From NCBI GenBank assembly GCA_951406725.2, contig OX597826.1, forward strand, positions 26,164,001 to 26,228,000: DNA of 64,000 bases. The letters run 5' to 3'. The stretch comes from Octopus vulgaris (Eukaryota). The position numbers and the translations under genes were made by a program. Positions 26,478-41,036 of this stretch are shown one piece after another. Below the pieces are notes generated by a model that had not been told where the DNA came from, ran no database searches, and was given only the letters and a program-made list of their open reading frames with translations. Position 1 is the stretch's first letter. Every line of letters starts with the position of its first letter.

Positions 26478-27646
26478 GTAAGTGGCACTCTATTTCCATA
26501 CAGTATACGCATACATATAAGGTATATCTGGATCGTCGAGTTCAAGTGGTTCGAAGTTTTTTAAGTGGGCTGGCGGCAACCATAAACAGTTAATTTTTTT
26601 TACTATTGACCACAACTCTTGTCTGTATGAATTTATGTATATATTGCTGTATGGATGAATGGATTCATGCTTTAGGTATATATATATATAAGTCCCAGTT
26701 GTTAGGGCAGTGGACTCATGGTCGCAGGATCGCGGTTTCGATTCCCAGATCGGGCGTTGTGAGTATTTATTGAGCGAAAACACCTAAAGCTCCACGAGGC
26801 TCTGGCAGGGGGTGGTGGCAATCCCTGCTGTACTCTTTCGCCACAACATTCTCTCACTCTTTCTTCTTTTGGCCTGCTCTCTTAACCGGCGGGGTGGCGT
26901 CATTTGAAGGCTAAAACAACGCGAAGCGCATTGTGACTAGTGATGTATAAGTCACGGTAATTACAGTGATATATATATATATATATATATATAACATTAA
27001 TTATACGTACAATCTGAATATAAACGCTTTGAAATTATTCAAAGAAAATAAGACTTTGCAGCTCATCAAAGTGTCACGCTTAGAGCTAAGTGCAAAACAC
27101 CAAGAAAAGCTAATCATTAAACGATATATTGCAAACAAGGGGGCGAACAAATCCCAGCCAACAAGTCCAGTGGAACAGTAGACCAGCTAGTTTCAGGTCA
27201 CAGATATTGTATCGTTAAGCAGCTGGGGTTAAAAAGACTAGTAACCTTGTTTTATGCAGAACAATCATGTTGAGGTGGCAACAAACATTACTTTTCAGTA
27301 AACCTCGTATAGAGATTTTTAAAAATAGCAACTTTGCTTGTTGCAAGGTCAGCGGCTGTGTGTCGCTTGTTTATTTATATATTGCGAACTGGGACGAACG
27401 ACTGTCGTTTCTGGCAGACAGGTGTACTAATATTGGGGAAGGGTGAGACTCTGAAACCAGGTGGTCTGTTGATCTTGTTGCCGCTAGATTGGAGTGGTCC
27501 GCTTCCTTGTTTGCAATATATCGAACATAGATATTGTGTCGTTAACCAGGTACAGGATGTGTCCTCTTGGGGTTAAGAAGAGATGTAACATTGTTCTATG
27601 CATATCAACCACTTTAATATGGTAAAAACTGTTACTTATGTGCGTT

Positions 27647-27704
<58 letters not shown>

Positions 27705-27710
<6 letters not shown>

Positions 27711-28137
27711 TAAATGAAAGAATGGAGTCGAACGAAGATGTTAACAAAATTCCTTTACTCTCGACACATGTTTCGAAGATTATCGCTCTGTTTACCATGT
27801 AGGCAATCATCGAAATTTTTGTTTGTCTTGTTGTCGAGAGAGGCTCCCTTTCTTTCCTGATGAGAAGATTGCATCATGCACCCTTTATTCCTTCGGAATG
27901 AAAATATGCTGTCTTCGAAACATGTCTCGAGAGTAAAGGAATTTTGTTAACATCTTCGTTCGACTCCATTCTTTCATTTATTCATATACAACACACAAAT
28001 TTCCGCACATGAACCCGGAGTTTCTACCATTGACAGGTCGCTTCAACCGTGTTTTCTGACGTGAATTTGCTACCCAGGTTTCGGTTAAACGAATTTTCCA
28101 TGCTGACGATAAACATAGGATAATTCATTGACCTACT

Positions 28138-28140
<3 letters not shown>
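27705..28140 (+). mobile_element. Non-coding PLE-like element with an HHR motif (27852-27933) and an inverted 5' segment
   Basis: CTTTC CTGATGA GAAGAT..GTCTTC GAAA CATGTC TC GAGAG. 27705-27780 is the reverse complement of 27912-27987 and keeps the better-paired GAAACATGTGTC. Both flanks are (TA)n. Confidence 0.7.
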
Positions 28141-28209
<69 letters not shown>

Positions 28210-28247
28210 TATAATATAATATAATATAATATATATATATGTATATG

Positions 28248-28353
<106 letters not shown>

Positions 28354-28913
28354 ATGTTGAGGTGTGTGGCTTAGTGGTTAGGGTGTCAGCACCATGATCG
28401 TGAGATTGTGGTTTCGATTCCCGGACCGAGTGACGCGTTGTGTTCTTGACCAAAACACCTCATTTCACGTTGTCCCAGTCCACTCAGCTGGCAAAAGTGG
28501 GTAACGCTGCGATAGACTAGCGTCCCGTCTAGCTGGGGAACATATACGCTATAGAAACTGGGAAACCGGGCCCATGAGCCTGGCTAGGTTTTAACAGGGC
28601 GCGTTGTTATTGTGTAAATATATATATGAATATATGCAACAACATCAGTTTCAACAGCCAAGTAAAGTTACAGCGAAATGGTCATCCTCCTAGGAAACAA
28701 AAACAGTCAAAGAATATCTTCGAACACATGAAATTCATTACTTTTTCACGTGCCTCATTAATTAGACTGCTGCCTAGGAGAAGTTTTAGATGAATAGATT
28801 GACCCCAGTACTTTTGTTTTTGCTAAGCCTGACACTTATTCTATAGGTATCATATGCCGACCCGCTAAGTTATAGAGACGTAAACACACCAATCCCGGTT
28901 GTCAAGTGGCAGT

Positions 28914-28955
<42 letters not shown>

Positions 28956-29700
28956 GCGGTCTTCTAGTTTGGGTCAACTAAATCCATATTTAGAAGGCTT
29001 TGGTCGGCCTGACTCTATTGTAGAAGACTTTTGCTCAAGGTGTCACGTAGTGGAACAGAACCTGGAACCATATGGTTAGGAAGCAAGCTTCTTTTATTCA
29101 TTATATTGGCCATAAAGTCCTTACATAGAAGGGAAGCTACGGGCTGGACATATGCATAATGTTATGGAATCACAAACGAAAAATGATGATAAATGAGGGT
29201 AACAAGCAACGCCCGCCGATTGCTGCTTACCCGAGAAAGCTTCTTAACACACAGCGACACCTACGCCTATCGAGATATTTACAAAATATTTTATTTTAAT
29301 TCTTAACAAATTAATGAGCAGGAAGATATTCAGCAGCATAAGACCAGTCATTTAAAAAAAGGGGACCAAAAGAAACTTTCTAAATTCGAACAGGAAGTAA
29401 TAAATGAAATAGCTGTATCGTAGTTATGATGTGCAACATGAAACGTCAGATATGGTTAAACTACAAACTATGACTAACGACTAAAACCTTAATTTCTAAA
29501 TCCTTAATTTCTAATCTTCAGCTGAAATAAAGACACACACACACACGTGTATGCCCGTTTGGCTATATCTCTTCCAGATAAAATAACTACGCATCTGCAT
29601 ATACATGTATGAATGAATGTGTCTATCTTAATACATATACTCCCCACCTGTAATGTGTTGTCATACTTAAATAGTTAACGTTATTGTATTGAATTTATAG

Positions 29701-29919
29701 ATGAAATTGTTTATGAAAGAGCTGTTTTGAAGAAACTGACAAAAAATCTCCAGATTGATCGAATGATCGAAAATAATGCAGCAGATAACGAACCTCAAAA
29801 TGAAAACCCGACCAACGAAGTTGCTGAAAAGGATGGTTTGAAAAATAGTGCACAGATGCAATGTTCTTGGAAAGGGAATGCGGGGAAATGTTGTACTTAT
29901 CTGCGCCATCTTCCTAAAT
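29701..29919 (+). CDS. Gene 2 exon 2
   Basis: Acceptor TTTATAG|, donor |GTAAGT. Encodes (D)EIVYERAVLKKLTKNLQIDRMIENN...QCSWKGNAGKCCTYLRHLPK. Confidence 0.85.
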
Positions 29920-31059
29920 GTAAGTATTTTTCGTCTAATTGCCATTTTTAAATTTTCTTTGCAACATCTAAATTTAGCCTGCGAATATTGCTGTTGCTGT
30001 AAGTTTGAGCGAATTAGACAATATCTTTGCTCATGTAAGTCTCGAAAGCTAAAATAACATGGGGGATTGGAAGAGTGGATGGAACCTTTGGGCAGAAGAA
30101 TATCGAGCGGTATTTGAGAAGAGATTAACATTAAAGGAGTTATAATGTAGCAAGGCTGGCAACATCGTTAGCACGATGGGACGAAATGCGGCTAAGCATT
30201 TCGTCCGTCTCTACATTCTAAGTCCAAATTCTGCTGAGATCGATTTTGGCTTTCATCCTCTCAGGATTGATAAAATAAGTAGCAGTTGAGCACTGCTCTT
30301 AATGTAATCAATTTATTCCTTCCCCCAAATTGCTGGCTTTGTGTGAACATTTGAAAGCAATATTAAAAGACTCAGTAACCCATGCGCAATACCTAAATAC
30401 AAGTCCCGAAAATTTCGTGCTTTGTTTATATGTGAGTAAGTACAACTTTCGTTACTGGTTTAAACAGTCGTAATATGGTTACTGTGGAGGCGCGTGGATT
30501 AGTGGTTAGGGTGTCAGCATCATGATCGTAAGATTGTGGTTTCGATTCCTAGACCGGGCGACGCGTTTTGTTCTTGAGCGAAATACTTCACTTCACGTTG
30601 CTCCAGTCCACTCAGCTGGCAAAAATGAGTAACACTGCGATAGACCGGCGTCCCGTCCAGCTGGGGAACACATACGCCTTTGAAACCGGGAAACCGGGCC
30701 CATGAGCCTGGCTAGGCGTTAAAAGGGCGCATTTATTATTAATATGGTTACTACTTATCATTCCAGATTTCCTAAAGAATCTCGTTATCTCGTTATCTCC
30801 TTCCTGTTCACCTTAATTTCATTCTTCCTGTTTCTTTACCTGTAGTTTAGTTCCACTTTTTTATTTGTTTCTATCATGCATCATCTTTCACTCTCTTAAT
30901 CGCGTGTTCTTAATCGTTTAGTCTGTTTTGCTTCCTTTTCTTCATCCATTCCCTCCTTCCTTCTTTCTTTAATTCCTTTCATTTCTTTCTTTTATTTCCT
31001 TCCTACCTTTCACCTTTTCTACCGGTCAGTCTCTCACTTTCTTACATTCCTATTTAAAT

Positions 31060-31745
31060 TCTAGAAAACGCAAGATTAAAAATAATAATAACAATTGAAT
31101 TATATGTAGTAAGTAATAATTAAAATCAAACTAAAGTATAATATAATTGTAACATAACAAAAGTAAAAATAGCAATTGGTATAAAATTGCATCAATGATT
31201 TGAACATGAATAAGTGGTTTCACATGAATGGGAATAAATTAAAAATAAAATTAGCGTGCAGAAATGGAATAGTCCAGATGGATAATAAAAAATTAAATTA
31301 AAGAAAAGATTATTGTCTATAAAGTATACAATGTAGAGGAAAAAGAAGATTTGAATACATGGAGGAAAACACCTTCGAAAAGTGTCTTGGTGCGACTATG
31401 AAAGATATCTAATCAGAGGCAGTAAATTGGCCACAATAGAAGCAAGGTTCGAGTCAACGGAGCGTGCAAGGGAGTACTGGACTCGAACTTGCAAAGTGGA
31501 AATATTCCATTTTTACCTCTATATCTGGGACGTAGGACGTCCCGGAAAAAAATTTAAAATGCCCCCCCCCCCCCGAAGTAGAGGTAGGCTGGATTGTATC
31601 AACACTTCTATACAAGAGGGAGGACAAAATACAATTGTTCGAAATTGCAAGAGACGGGCCTACAATTCCAGTCTATTATATATTTTGAGTATTGTTATCA
31701 TTAGCGATATCAAGATATAACTTTGTATTTTGTATTTTACGTGTA

Positions 31746-31779
<34 letters not shown>

Positions 31780-31870
31780 TGTACATGTAATATGTACACA
31801 TATATATACACATATATACATGCACTAGCATTATGGCCCGGCAACGACGGGTCTTTAATGCTAGTGTATT
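31060..31870 (-). mobile_element. Partial inverted copy of the HINE-like element at 47757-48945
   Basis: High-identity reverse complement of 47750-48535. Confidence 0.75.
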
Positions 31871-33557
31871 TATATATTTTGCTATCTTAGTATTCATAAC
31901 GGAATCAGTTGTGTTGCAATTAAGAAAGCAAGGGGAGCGAATTCTTCCCACGGGCACATTTTTCAAACCTGGTGTCTTATCAAAAATTTTCCTAACTCTT
32001 TGCTTACCTATATTAGTAATAGTAAGTTTTATACGTAATGGTATAGTTACTGAAACATGAAATTAATGACTGCAGAAAAAAAAAAAACTGAATTCATTAT
32101 GACTAATGAAGTATTCCGCATAATATAAGAAATGAGTTAGAAATTGCTTGGTATATGTGACGGTACCTTTCTTTTATGAGCTCGCCCCCCTCTAAAAATA
32201 CAAACTGGCTACACCTCGGAACGGAAGTGATTGTAACTTCTTTTGCAGTACCATATCTAGAGGCTGCTCCCGATTCGAAAAGCTGGTTCTGATTATCGCA
32301 TGGAATTCACATTTATCTGATTTTTGAAATTCATAAGACTGTTCGGCACCAAGGCAAGTGTCTTTCGCTCAATCCCTGGGGTGATCAAAGCCTTGTGAGT
32401 GGTTTTGTTAGAGAGAAACTGAAAGGCGCCCATTACTATTTTAGTGTCTCTTATCAATCCCCTACAGCGAGGCTGTGTGGATGCTTTAACATTTTATTTG
32501 ATTACAGCAGCTTTAGTTTAGAATTAAGAGTTGTGTAAGCAACAAAACATCAAAGTCGACATAGCTTAAAAGAAAGCAAATGAGACAAGGTATCGTTGTT
32601 TCATGCACCGATTCTCACATCTCGCACCGATCGAGTCACTCACATATAACTCTGCCTTTCTGTCTACATGTGGATATACGTGGCTTAGTGGTAAGAGTAT
32701 TGCACTCATGATCAGTGATTGTGGTTTCGATTTCTGGACAGGGCGATGAATTGTGTTCTTCAGCAAAACACTTCATTTCCCAAGCTCTCGTCCACTTAGC
32801 TGGCAAAAGTAAGTAATTCTGCGACGGAACAGCGTCGCGCCTCGGCCTTGGGTGAAGAGATATATATACGATATATTGTTTGTTCTTTCTCGAGCCATGC
32901 CTGGCTCATAAGGGTCGGTTTCCCGGTTTCCTTGGCGTATAGGTTCCCCACCTGGACGGGACGCCGGTCCGTCGCAAGTGAGCTGCATGATGTAGGAGCA
33001 AAGAGTGAGAGAGTTTGTGGCGAAAGAGCCATTACCTTCTGCCGGAGCCGCGTAGAGCTTAGGTGTTTCGCTCATAAACACACACATCACCCGGTCTGAG
33101 ATTCAAACCCGCAATCCCTCGACCGCGAGTTCACTGCTCTAACCACTAGGTCATGTGCCTCCACATATACGATATATACCCCTCAGTATTTTTGAAGCAC
33201 TGCAGTTCATTGTATCAACTGAAAATTGCTGTCCTTGTGGATAAATCTGCGACTGTTATAAGGCGATGTATTTTCAAAATCATCTTAAGTTCGATCAAAT
33301 TCATTAGACGTAAGTTTTCTAGGATTTTGCGTCTTGGGTTCAAATTCTGTACTTCGTCGCTTTCGGGATCTACAGAATAAAATGCCTGTTAAGAATTAGG
33401 GACAGTATAACCGACTAACACCGTGTAGAGTTTTACCCATGTGATGTTGTTCGTAAAATCCCTTATTATTTCTATGATTAATGACTAAAACGTAATATAA
33501 ATGTTATTTATTCCAACTAAATGAAAAAAACATAACGTAAACAATTTCTTTTTTCAG

Positions 33558-33641
33558 TATGTGTTCGTATGGCAGCTTTTGAATATATGTTGCAATTCAG
33601 CATAGAATTAGGTGGTTTTGTTCTTATACATAGAACTTACC
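33558..33641 (+). CDS. Gene 2 exon 3 (84 nt)
   Basis: Acceptor TTTTTTCAG|, donor |GTGAGT. Encodes (L)CVRMAAFEYMLQFSIELGGFVLIHRTY, with 12/28 residues identical to gene 1 exon 3. Confidence 0.85.
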
Positions 33642-33829
33642 GTGAGTATCTTTCATGATATTAATAAAATAATCATAGATTTATTTATATTTTGTTTTTG
33701 TAGCAAACTGGTTTGTTTACCCGCTTTGTTGTAGCGTTATCTTATTTTTAAAAGGAATTATTTTGAGGTTCATTACAGAATTCATGGCAGACAGTTTCTC
33801 TTTCTCATCGAAGCTGGAGGCTTGCTACA

Positions 33830-33883
<54 letters not shown>

Positions 33884-34938
33884 TTCTCCAGAATAGTGCA
33901 AGGAGTTAAAATATTCTGACATTGTTTTTCTCTTTCACTGAGATCTATCGTCACTGCTTGGATTAATGCTTTCGTATGCAGCAATTTAAAAGCTGATTAA
34001 AACATTTGCTTTCCTCTTTCTTATCAACTTGAGACACATTCAAATTGGCTTTCTACGTTAGAGTTACTGTAATTAGGTTCAGAATAGCAACAATAATTAT
34101 GATGGGGTTGTCAGCGACTAAACCAGCAACCCCACCAAGTTTGTTTGGGGAGAAAGTCGATGTTTCGATCCATTGCAAGTTGAAAAACTAAACCGGTCAA
34201 CGGTTGGAGGAACACATAAGAATTAACGGCCATTCAACTGAGAGTATATGTTACTTGATGAAAACTCTCCGATCCTTGGTCGGCATGATGTTGCCACGAT
34301 AAAATTATTGGTGATTGCAAAAGCTTATAAATGCTACTTGAAAGTGAGTGAAAATGTCAAATCCAAGTAGCCAGAATAACTACGTAAACGGGGCCTGAAC
34401 TATCAACGGTGAAGATATTGTGTACAGCAGACATGGTTTTGGTAGACGGAAACTGAAAGAAGCCCGTCGTATATATGTATATATATATATATATATGTGT
34501 GTGTGTATATATGTTTGTGTGTCTGTGTTTGTCTCCCCAACATCGTTTGACAACTGATGCTGGTGTGTTTACGTCCCCGTAACTTAGCGGTTCGGCAAAA
34601 TAGACCGATAGAATAAGTACTAGGATTACAAAGGATAAGTCCTGGGGTCGATTTGCTCGACTAAAGGCGGTGCTCCAGCATAGCCGCAGTCAAATGACTG
34701 AAACAAGTAAAAGAGTAAATGAGTAGATATAATTGTATTAGGTATAAGTAACGTATGTATATAATGAATATGTGTGTGTGTGCATGAGTGTATAAGTGCG
34801 TATATGGGTGCATTCGTGCGCAAATGCTGCGTCTGCAAGCGTGGATGTGTGTGTCTGTGTGAGAGAGAGAGAGAGAGAGAGAGAGTAATTTCTTTGCAGT
34901 ATTTTTTCTCTAATTGCCATATATTATTAAATTTACAG

Positions 34939-35258
34939 ATGGTACTTTCTCCAAAACCTACTCATTTCATTATGGAACTGTACATATACAGTTTAAATTT
35001 GTAGTGGAACGTATTAGCCATCGTCACCTCAAGGCATGCTTCAAAATATCATATGAAGTTCAATCTTACCATTTCTCAAAGTCTCTCGGCTGCATAAACA
35101 AACATTTTCCTGCTATTGAAAATATCCACGTGAACAGTATATCGGATTTGAGTTCGAATGGTAAAATTTCTTTTGAGGCACAAGAATTTGAAACTGGAAA
35201 TCTTAACAGTATGGAATACCTTGGTGAAGAAAACCAAAACAAAAATGTTCTCATTTAG
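34939..35258 (+). CDS. Gene 2 exon 4 (terminal). Spliced CDS is 726 nt, 241 aa
   Basis: Acceptor TTTACAG|. Encodes (H)GTFSKTYSF...LKACFKISY...SLGCINKHF...KNVLI-TAG. Cys spacing is identical to gene 1. The 3' flank with AATAAA at 35674 is homologous to gene 1 near 18179. Confidence 0.85.
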
Positions 35259-36731
35259 ACCTAAAATACCGAGAAGAAGCGAGTGAATTAAAGATAGTAT
35301 TTTCATTTGTTTGTATATGATTTGAAATAAAAATATAAAAAACTTGATATGAAATAATCTTTTGAACAAATATTAAGGCTTAAAATACATCAGAAAAGTG
35401 CACCTTGGGAAAAATATCAAGGAGGTATTTATCATATATGTCCAGAGATCAAATCTTTTCTACTCTAGGCACCAGGCCCGAAATTTTGGTGGGAGGGGGC
35501 CAATCAATTAGGTACTTAATGTTTCGACCTCGAAAGGACGAAAGGCCAGGTCGACCTCTTGATATCAAATAATAGTAAAATATTAATACAACTACAGAAC
35601 AATAAATATTGTAACAAAAACCATATAAATCTAAATAATAATTCGTGCGATTTTTAGAAACCAGTCTGTCTCTAATAAAGATTTGAAGAATTTACGTTTG
35701 CTTTTGTTGTTTTCATTTTATTCTATGATTTATTTCGGGATCTGTGTTGTAAGGTTAACATCCCAACAAACATTAAGATTTATGAAATATCTGGACAAAA
35801 CAGGAAAATAAAAACACTAGGACAGCGATATTCTGTTACTCTCTTTTACTCTCTTTTACTTGTTTCAGTCATGTGACTGTAGCCATGCTGGAGCAAAGCC
35901 TTTAGTGGAGCAAATCGACCCCAGGTCTTATTCTTTGTAAGCCTAATACTTATTCTATCGGTCTCTTTGGCCGAACCGCTAAGTTACGGGGACGTAAACA
36001 CACCAGCATCGGTTGTCAAGCGATGTTGAGGGGACAAACATAAACACACAAACATATATACACACACACACATATATATATACATATATACGACGGGCTT
36101 CTTTCAGTTTCCGTCTACCAAATCCACTCACAAGGCTTTGGTCGGCCCGATGCTATAGTAGAAGACGCACACATTCTAATCACATCTCCATAAGTGCTGG
36201 AATTATGTCCTTTCAATGTGAAGTAGCGGCTCGACCTAGACTCGTTGACCTCTCAGCTAGATACCCTGTCAAGTAACGTTATCCCACAGAAATTTTGGAG
36301 GAACCATATTTCGGCCACTTGAATTCCCGATCGGACATTTACGGCTATTACCTCCAAAAGTTTATTATATATCGTTTACGAGCCATTTCATTACAGTTGA
36401 TAGCATAAAGGTGTTTCACTACTGTTACAAAAACACTTCAATTTGTTTTAAAATAATTCTTGAGTCTGTGATATAAAACAGATCCAGAGAGTCGGATTAT
36501 TGTTGCAAACATTCATAGGTTCTAATGGTGTAACTAACTCAATGCCAATATATTCAAGTCTACGTATCACCAGAGTTAATGATTATACTATAATATATGA
36601 AATCATAATTGAGGATAACTACGATACCATCGTGTAAGAAATGGCAGTTAAAATAAATTTTTATTCTCATGCTGGCTACTTGATATGTTCGTTATTTTAT
36701 ATAACGGTCTTTATATACATATATATATATA

Positions 36732-38170
36732 TAATAGAAATATTAAAATTACTAAGTCTCTCTAAAAGAGAACAACGGCAGCGTTCCCGGAAAATATTAG
36801 TTATCGCCATACTAATATGGCATTCTTATAAAAATAAGAATAAAGCTGTCCGCTTATTAGCTCCATGAGGCTATCGCCTTAAGTTAGCTATTTGATACAC
36901 AAACTGTATCCATATAACCTTTGAACAAGGGAGGTCAGTCGCTCCACACTACTTGGCCGGCAGCTACAGACGCGTTTCGGGGTATTGCCCCTTTTCAATG
37001 CAGCGTAGCCAGACCAGTAGGTGTCGCTTCTGACAATCTCTGCTCAAAGGTTTTATTTACCTAGCTTCGGTGGAATACATCCACTTGTTTTCAATAATAG
37101 AAATATTAAAATTACTAAGTCTCTCTAAAAGAGAACAACGGCAGCGTTCCCGGAAAATATTAGTTATCGCCATACTAATATGGCATTCTTATAAAAATAA
37201 GAATAAAGCTGTCCGCTTATTAGCTCCATGAGGCCATCGCCTTAAGTTAGCTATTTGATACACAAACTGTATCCATATAACCTTTGAACAAGGGAGGTCA
37301 GTCGCTCCACACTACTTGGCCGGCAGCTACAGACGCGTTTCGGGGTATTGCCCCTTTTCAATGCAGCGTAGCCAGACCAGTAGGTGTCGCTTCTGACAAT
37401 CTCTGCTCAAAGGTTTTATTTACCTAGCTTCGGTGGAATACATCCACTTGTTTTCAATAATAGAAATATTAAAATTACTAAGTCTCTCTAAAAGAGAACA
37501 ACGGCAGCGTTCCCGGAAAATATTAGTTATCGCCATACTAATATGGCATTCTTATAAAAATAAGAATAAAGCTGTCCGCTTATTAGCTCCATGAGGCCAT
37601 CGCCTTAAGTTAGCTATTTGATACACAAACTGTATCCATATAACCTTTGAACAAGGGAGGTCAGTCGCTCCACACTACTTGGCCGGCAGCTACAGACGCG
37701 TTTCGGGGTATTGCCCCTTTTCAATGCAGCGTAGCCAGACCAGTAGGTGTCGCTTCTGACAATCTCTGCTCAAAGGTTTTATTTACCTAGCTTCGGTGGA
37801 ATACATCCACTTGTTTTCAATAATAGAAATATTAAAATTACTAAGTCTCTCTAAAAGAGAACAACGGCAGCGTTCCCGGAAAATATTAGTTATCGCCATA
37901 CTAATATGGCATACTTATAAAAATAAGAATAAAGCTGTCCGCTTATTAGCTCCATGAGGCCATCGCCTTAAGTTAGCTATTTGATACACAAACTGTATCC
38001 ATATAACCTTTGAACAAGGGAGGTCAGTCGCTCCACACTACTTGGCCGGCAGCTACAGACGCGTTTCGAGGTATTGCCCCTTTTCAATGCAGCGTAGCCA
38101 GACCATGGAGGTAATAAGCGGACAGCTTTATTCTTATTTTTATAAGAATGCCATATTAGTATGGCGATAA

Positions 38171-38175
<5 letters not shown>
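36732..38175 (-). repeat. 363-bp tandem array (about 3.8 copies) with one HHR per unit and an inverted 5' segment
   Basis: Near-identical units start at 36732, 37095, 37458 and 37821. 38102-38175 is an inverted copy of a unit segment. Both flanks are (TA)n. Confidence 0.95.
36963..37004 (-). ncRNA. Minimal type I hammerhead with U3-A8 core (also at 37326-37367, 37689-37730, 38052-38093)
   Basis: Minus strand reads GCTGCA TTGAAAA GGGG caata CCCC GAAA CGCG TC TGTAGC: 6-bp stem I, 4-bp stem II, palindromic ACGCGT, triplet GTC. Confidence 0.85.
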
Positions 38176-38227
<52 letters not shown>

Positions 38228-38759
38228 ATATATATATATGTATGTATATATATGTGTATATATATATGTATATATACTAGCTGACGTTCCCGGTAATTCC
38301 CGGGAAAGTGGGGATTATCCCCTGGTTCCGTTCTCATAATTGTTTCGCTAATCCAATAACAACAAAATGAAGTATGTAGCCCTCAAAACGATTTTTGCGC
38401 ATTTAAAGAGAACAGCGAACTGTCTTACACAGGATCTTGTTTTTAGAAATTCCCAATAAGTTATGAATACCTAAATTGTGAAGTCAGTTATGTTATAACA
38501 TGAAATTTGTTACCCGATAGTAAGAATTCAAATAAAGTGGCCCCGAAAAGTGCCTTAATGCATTCCCAGAGTATACAAAACTTAGAAGGAAATACTAATA
38601 TTGTATGTATACTTAAATTGTGAAGTATTTTACATAATCAGATATGGGATAATAACAATTCAAGGTAAATAACTCTGAAGATGGCTTTCGTGCGTTACCA
38701 GACAATATTACCAGACAATATATATATAAATAGTTAGTGTATATATATATATATATATA

Positions 38760-39725
38760 TATTAATAAAAAGACTTCCAACCTTGTCTGATTTTCACGTT
38801 TTATTTACAATCTTATAATGATATATTATAAGATAATATATTATAATTGAATAAAATAAAATGAAATAGTAGAATGTTAAATATTCATTCTGATTGAACT
38901 AGTACTTTCATGCATTGAATTCTGCAATCTTCGGGTTCATGTAGTAGTGTTGACAGTCATGCTTCACAATTTTTGACTGTAGCAAGATGAGTGATTCTGT
39001 GCTATAAATACAGCTGGGTAGGCTCCAGAGTGCTAGGTTTTGCAAACTGTATTCTGACCAATCAGTGTGTAGTATCACTCAATTACTTAAGCTGATTGGT
39101 TGGTTGAGCTGATTGGTTTGAGGTGATCAAGACGAAGATAGCAGGAAAATTATCTTATTTAGGGTTAAAAGTTCTATTGCCACCACCATCACCACTAGCA
39201 ACAATAATTAAGGTGCTGACAATGATGATGATGACAATTGAAATATAAAAATATAAAAATCTCTGACAAAGGATATTTACAACATTTCTAAAAATAACCC
39301 AACAATTGCTGCTTCGGCCAGGGTCAAGATACAGGACTCTTGACCTGTCCAACAAAGCGTGATGCCTAAACCAATCAGCTCAACCAACCAATCAGCTTAA
39401 GTAATTGAGTGATACTACACACTGATTGGTCAGAATACAGTTTGCAAAACCTAGCACTCTGGAGCCTACCCAGCTGTATTTATAGCACAGAATCACTCAT
39501 CTTGCTACAGTCAAAAATTGTGAAGCATGACTGTCAACACTACTACATGAACCCGAAGATTGCAGAATTCAATGCATGAAAGTACTAGTTCAATCAGAAT
39601 GAATATTTAACATTCTACTATTTCATTTTATTTTATTCAATTATAATATATTATCTTATAATATATCATTATAAGATTGTAAATAAAACGTGAAAATCAG
39701 ACAAGGTTGGAATTCTTTTTATTAA
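38760..39725 (+). mobile_element. Solo PLE pseudo-LTR with inverted partial copy (same family as 7575-8760)
   Basis: 39121-39725 matches 8153-8760, and 38760-39120 is the reverse complement of its 3' 360 nt. HHR motifs occur on both strands. Confidence 0.9.
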
Positions 39726-39773
39726 TATATTCTTCTATACACAATCACACACACCCATATATATATATATCTA

Positions 39774-39829
<56 letters not shown>

Positions 39830-39837
<8 letters not shown>

Positions 39838-40228
39838 GTATTCGGCACGCTATCGTAGGGTTGCGAGTTCGGTTGACGGTAGCCCGTCGTGTCCTTGTGC
39901 AAGACACTTTATTTCACGGTGCTCCGGTCCAGTCAGCTGGCAAAAATGAGTTCTACCTGTATTTCAAGGAGCTAGACGTATTACATTCTCTGTCACGCTG
40001 AATCCCTTTGAGAAGTATGTGAAGGGGTACGCGTGTATGCGGAGTGCTCAGCCATTTGCGTGTTAATCTCACGGGGCAAGCTGTTCTGTTGATCGGTTCA
40101 GCTGGAACCCTCGTTGTAGTAAATGACGGAGTACCATTTTATATGTATTATAAGGGAATAGTTAGTACGAAGCATGGTGTGGAATATAGTTAAATAATAT
40201 TTAATCTCGAATAACTTGTGTGTGTGTG

Positions 40229-40327
<99 letters not shown>

Positions 40328-40631
40328 ATTATGTGAGAGAGAGAGAGATACACGCACACACTTAAATCGTCTTGATAAGAACACGGATCTGAATGTTGTT
40401 TTCATTCTCATAGACACAGCATTGTTTTACAATGAATAACATATAAATGAATATCCTTGTTTTTTTATGATTCTGTAAGGAGCAACTCTCACACAAGAGT
40501 CATAAAGCGTTTATTTTTTCCTTGCATTTTTCCGGTACAATCCGAAAGATTTTCCATTGAACATAGAAATAGACCTTCTTATGCATACATACACACGCAT
40601 ACATACATACATACATACATACATACATACC

Positions 40632-40728
<97 letters not shown>

Positions 40729-40817
40729 TCCTTCTTCCATTTTCCTGAGCGCCTAATAATAATAATACTGTAATTGTTCCATGTGTTGTTGTTTTTTCTG
40801 TTTTCCCGTTTGGATTA

Positions 40818-40866
<49 letters not shown>

Positions 40867-40961
40867 TGAGGGCGGAAAATTGGATATTAATCTGATAACA
40901 TCGATTTAACACCAGTGGTGTAGCATATTAAAAAAACTGAAGGTTCAGTAAATTGCATTCC

Positions 40962-41036
<75 letters not shown>

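Noticed and set aside
27170-27305. Possible minus-strand hammerhead (GAAACTAGCTGGTC with CTGAAAA upstream)
   Set aside because: I could not build a convincing stem I or stem II, and C3-A8 is mismatched.
36732-38104. Tandem arrays as CRISPR arrays or plain satellite DNA
   Set aside because: There are no unique spacers and the context is eukaryotic. Low copy number, one HHR per unit and the inverted end fit a retroelement better than a satellite.
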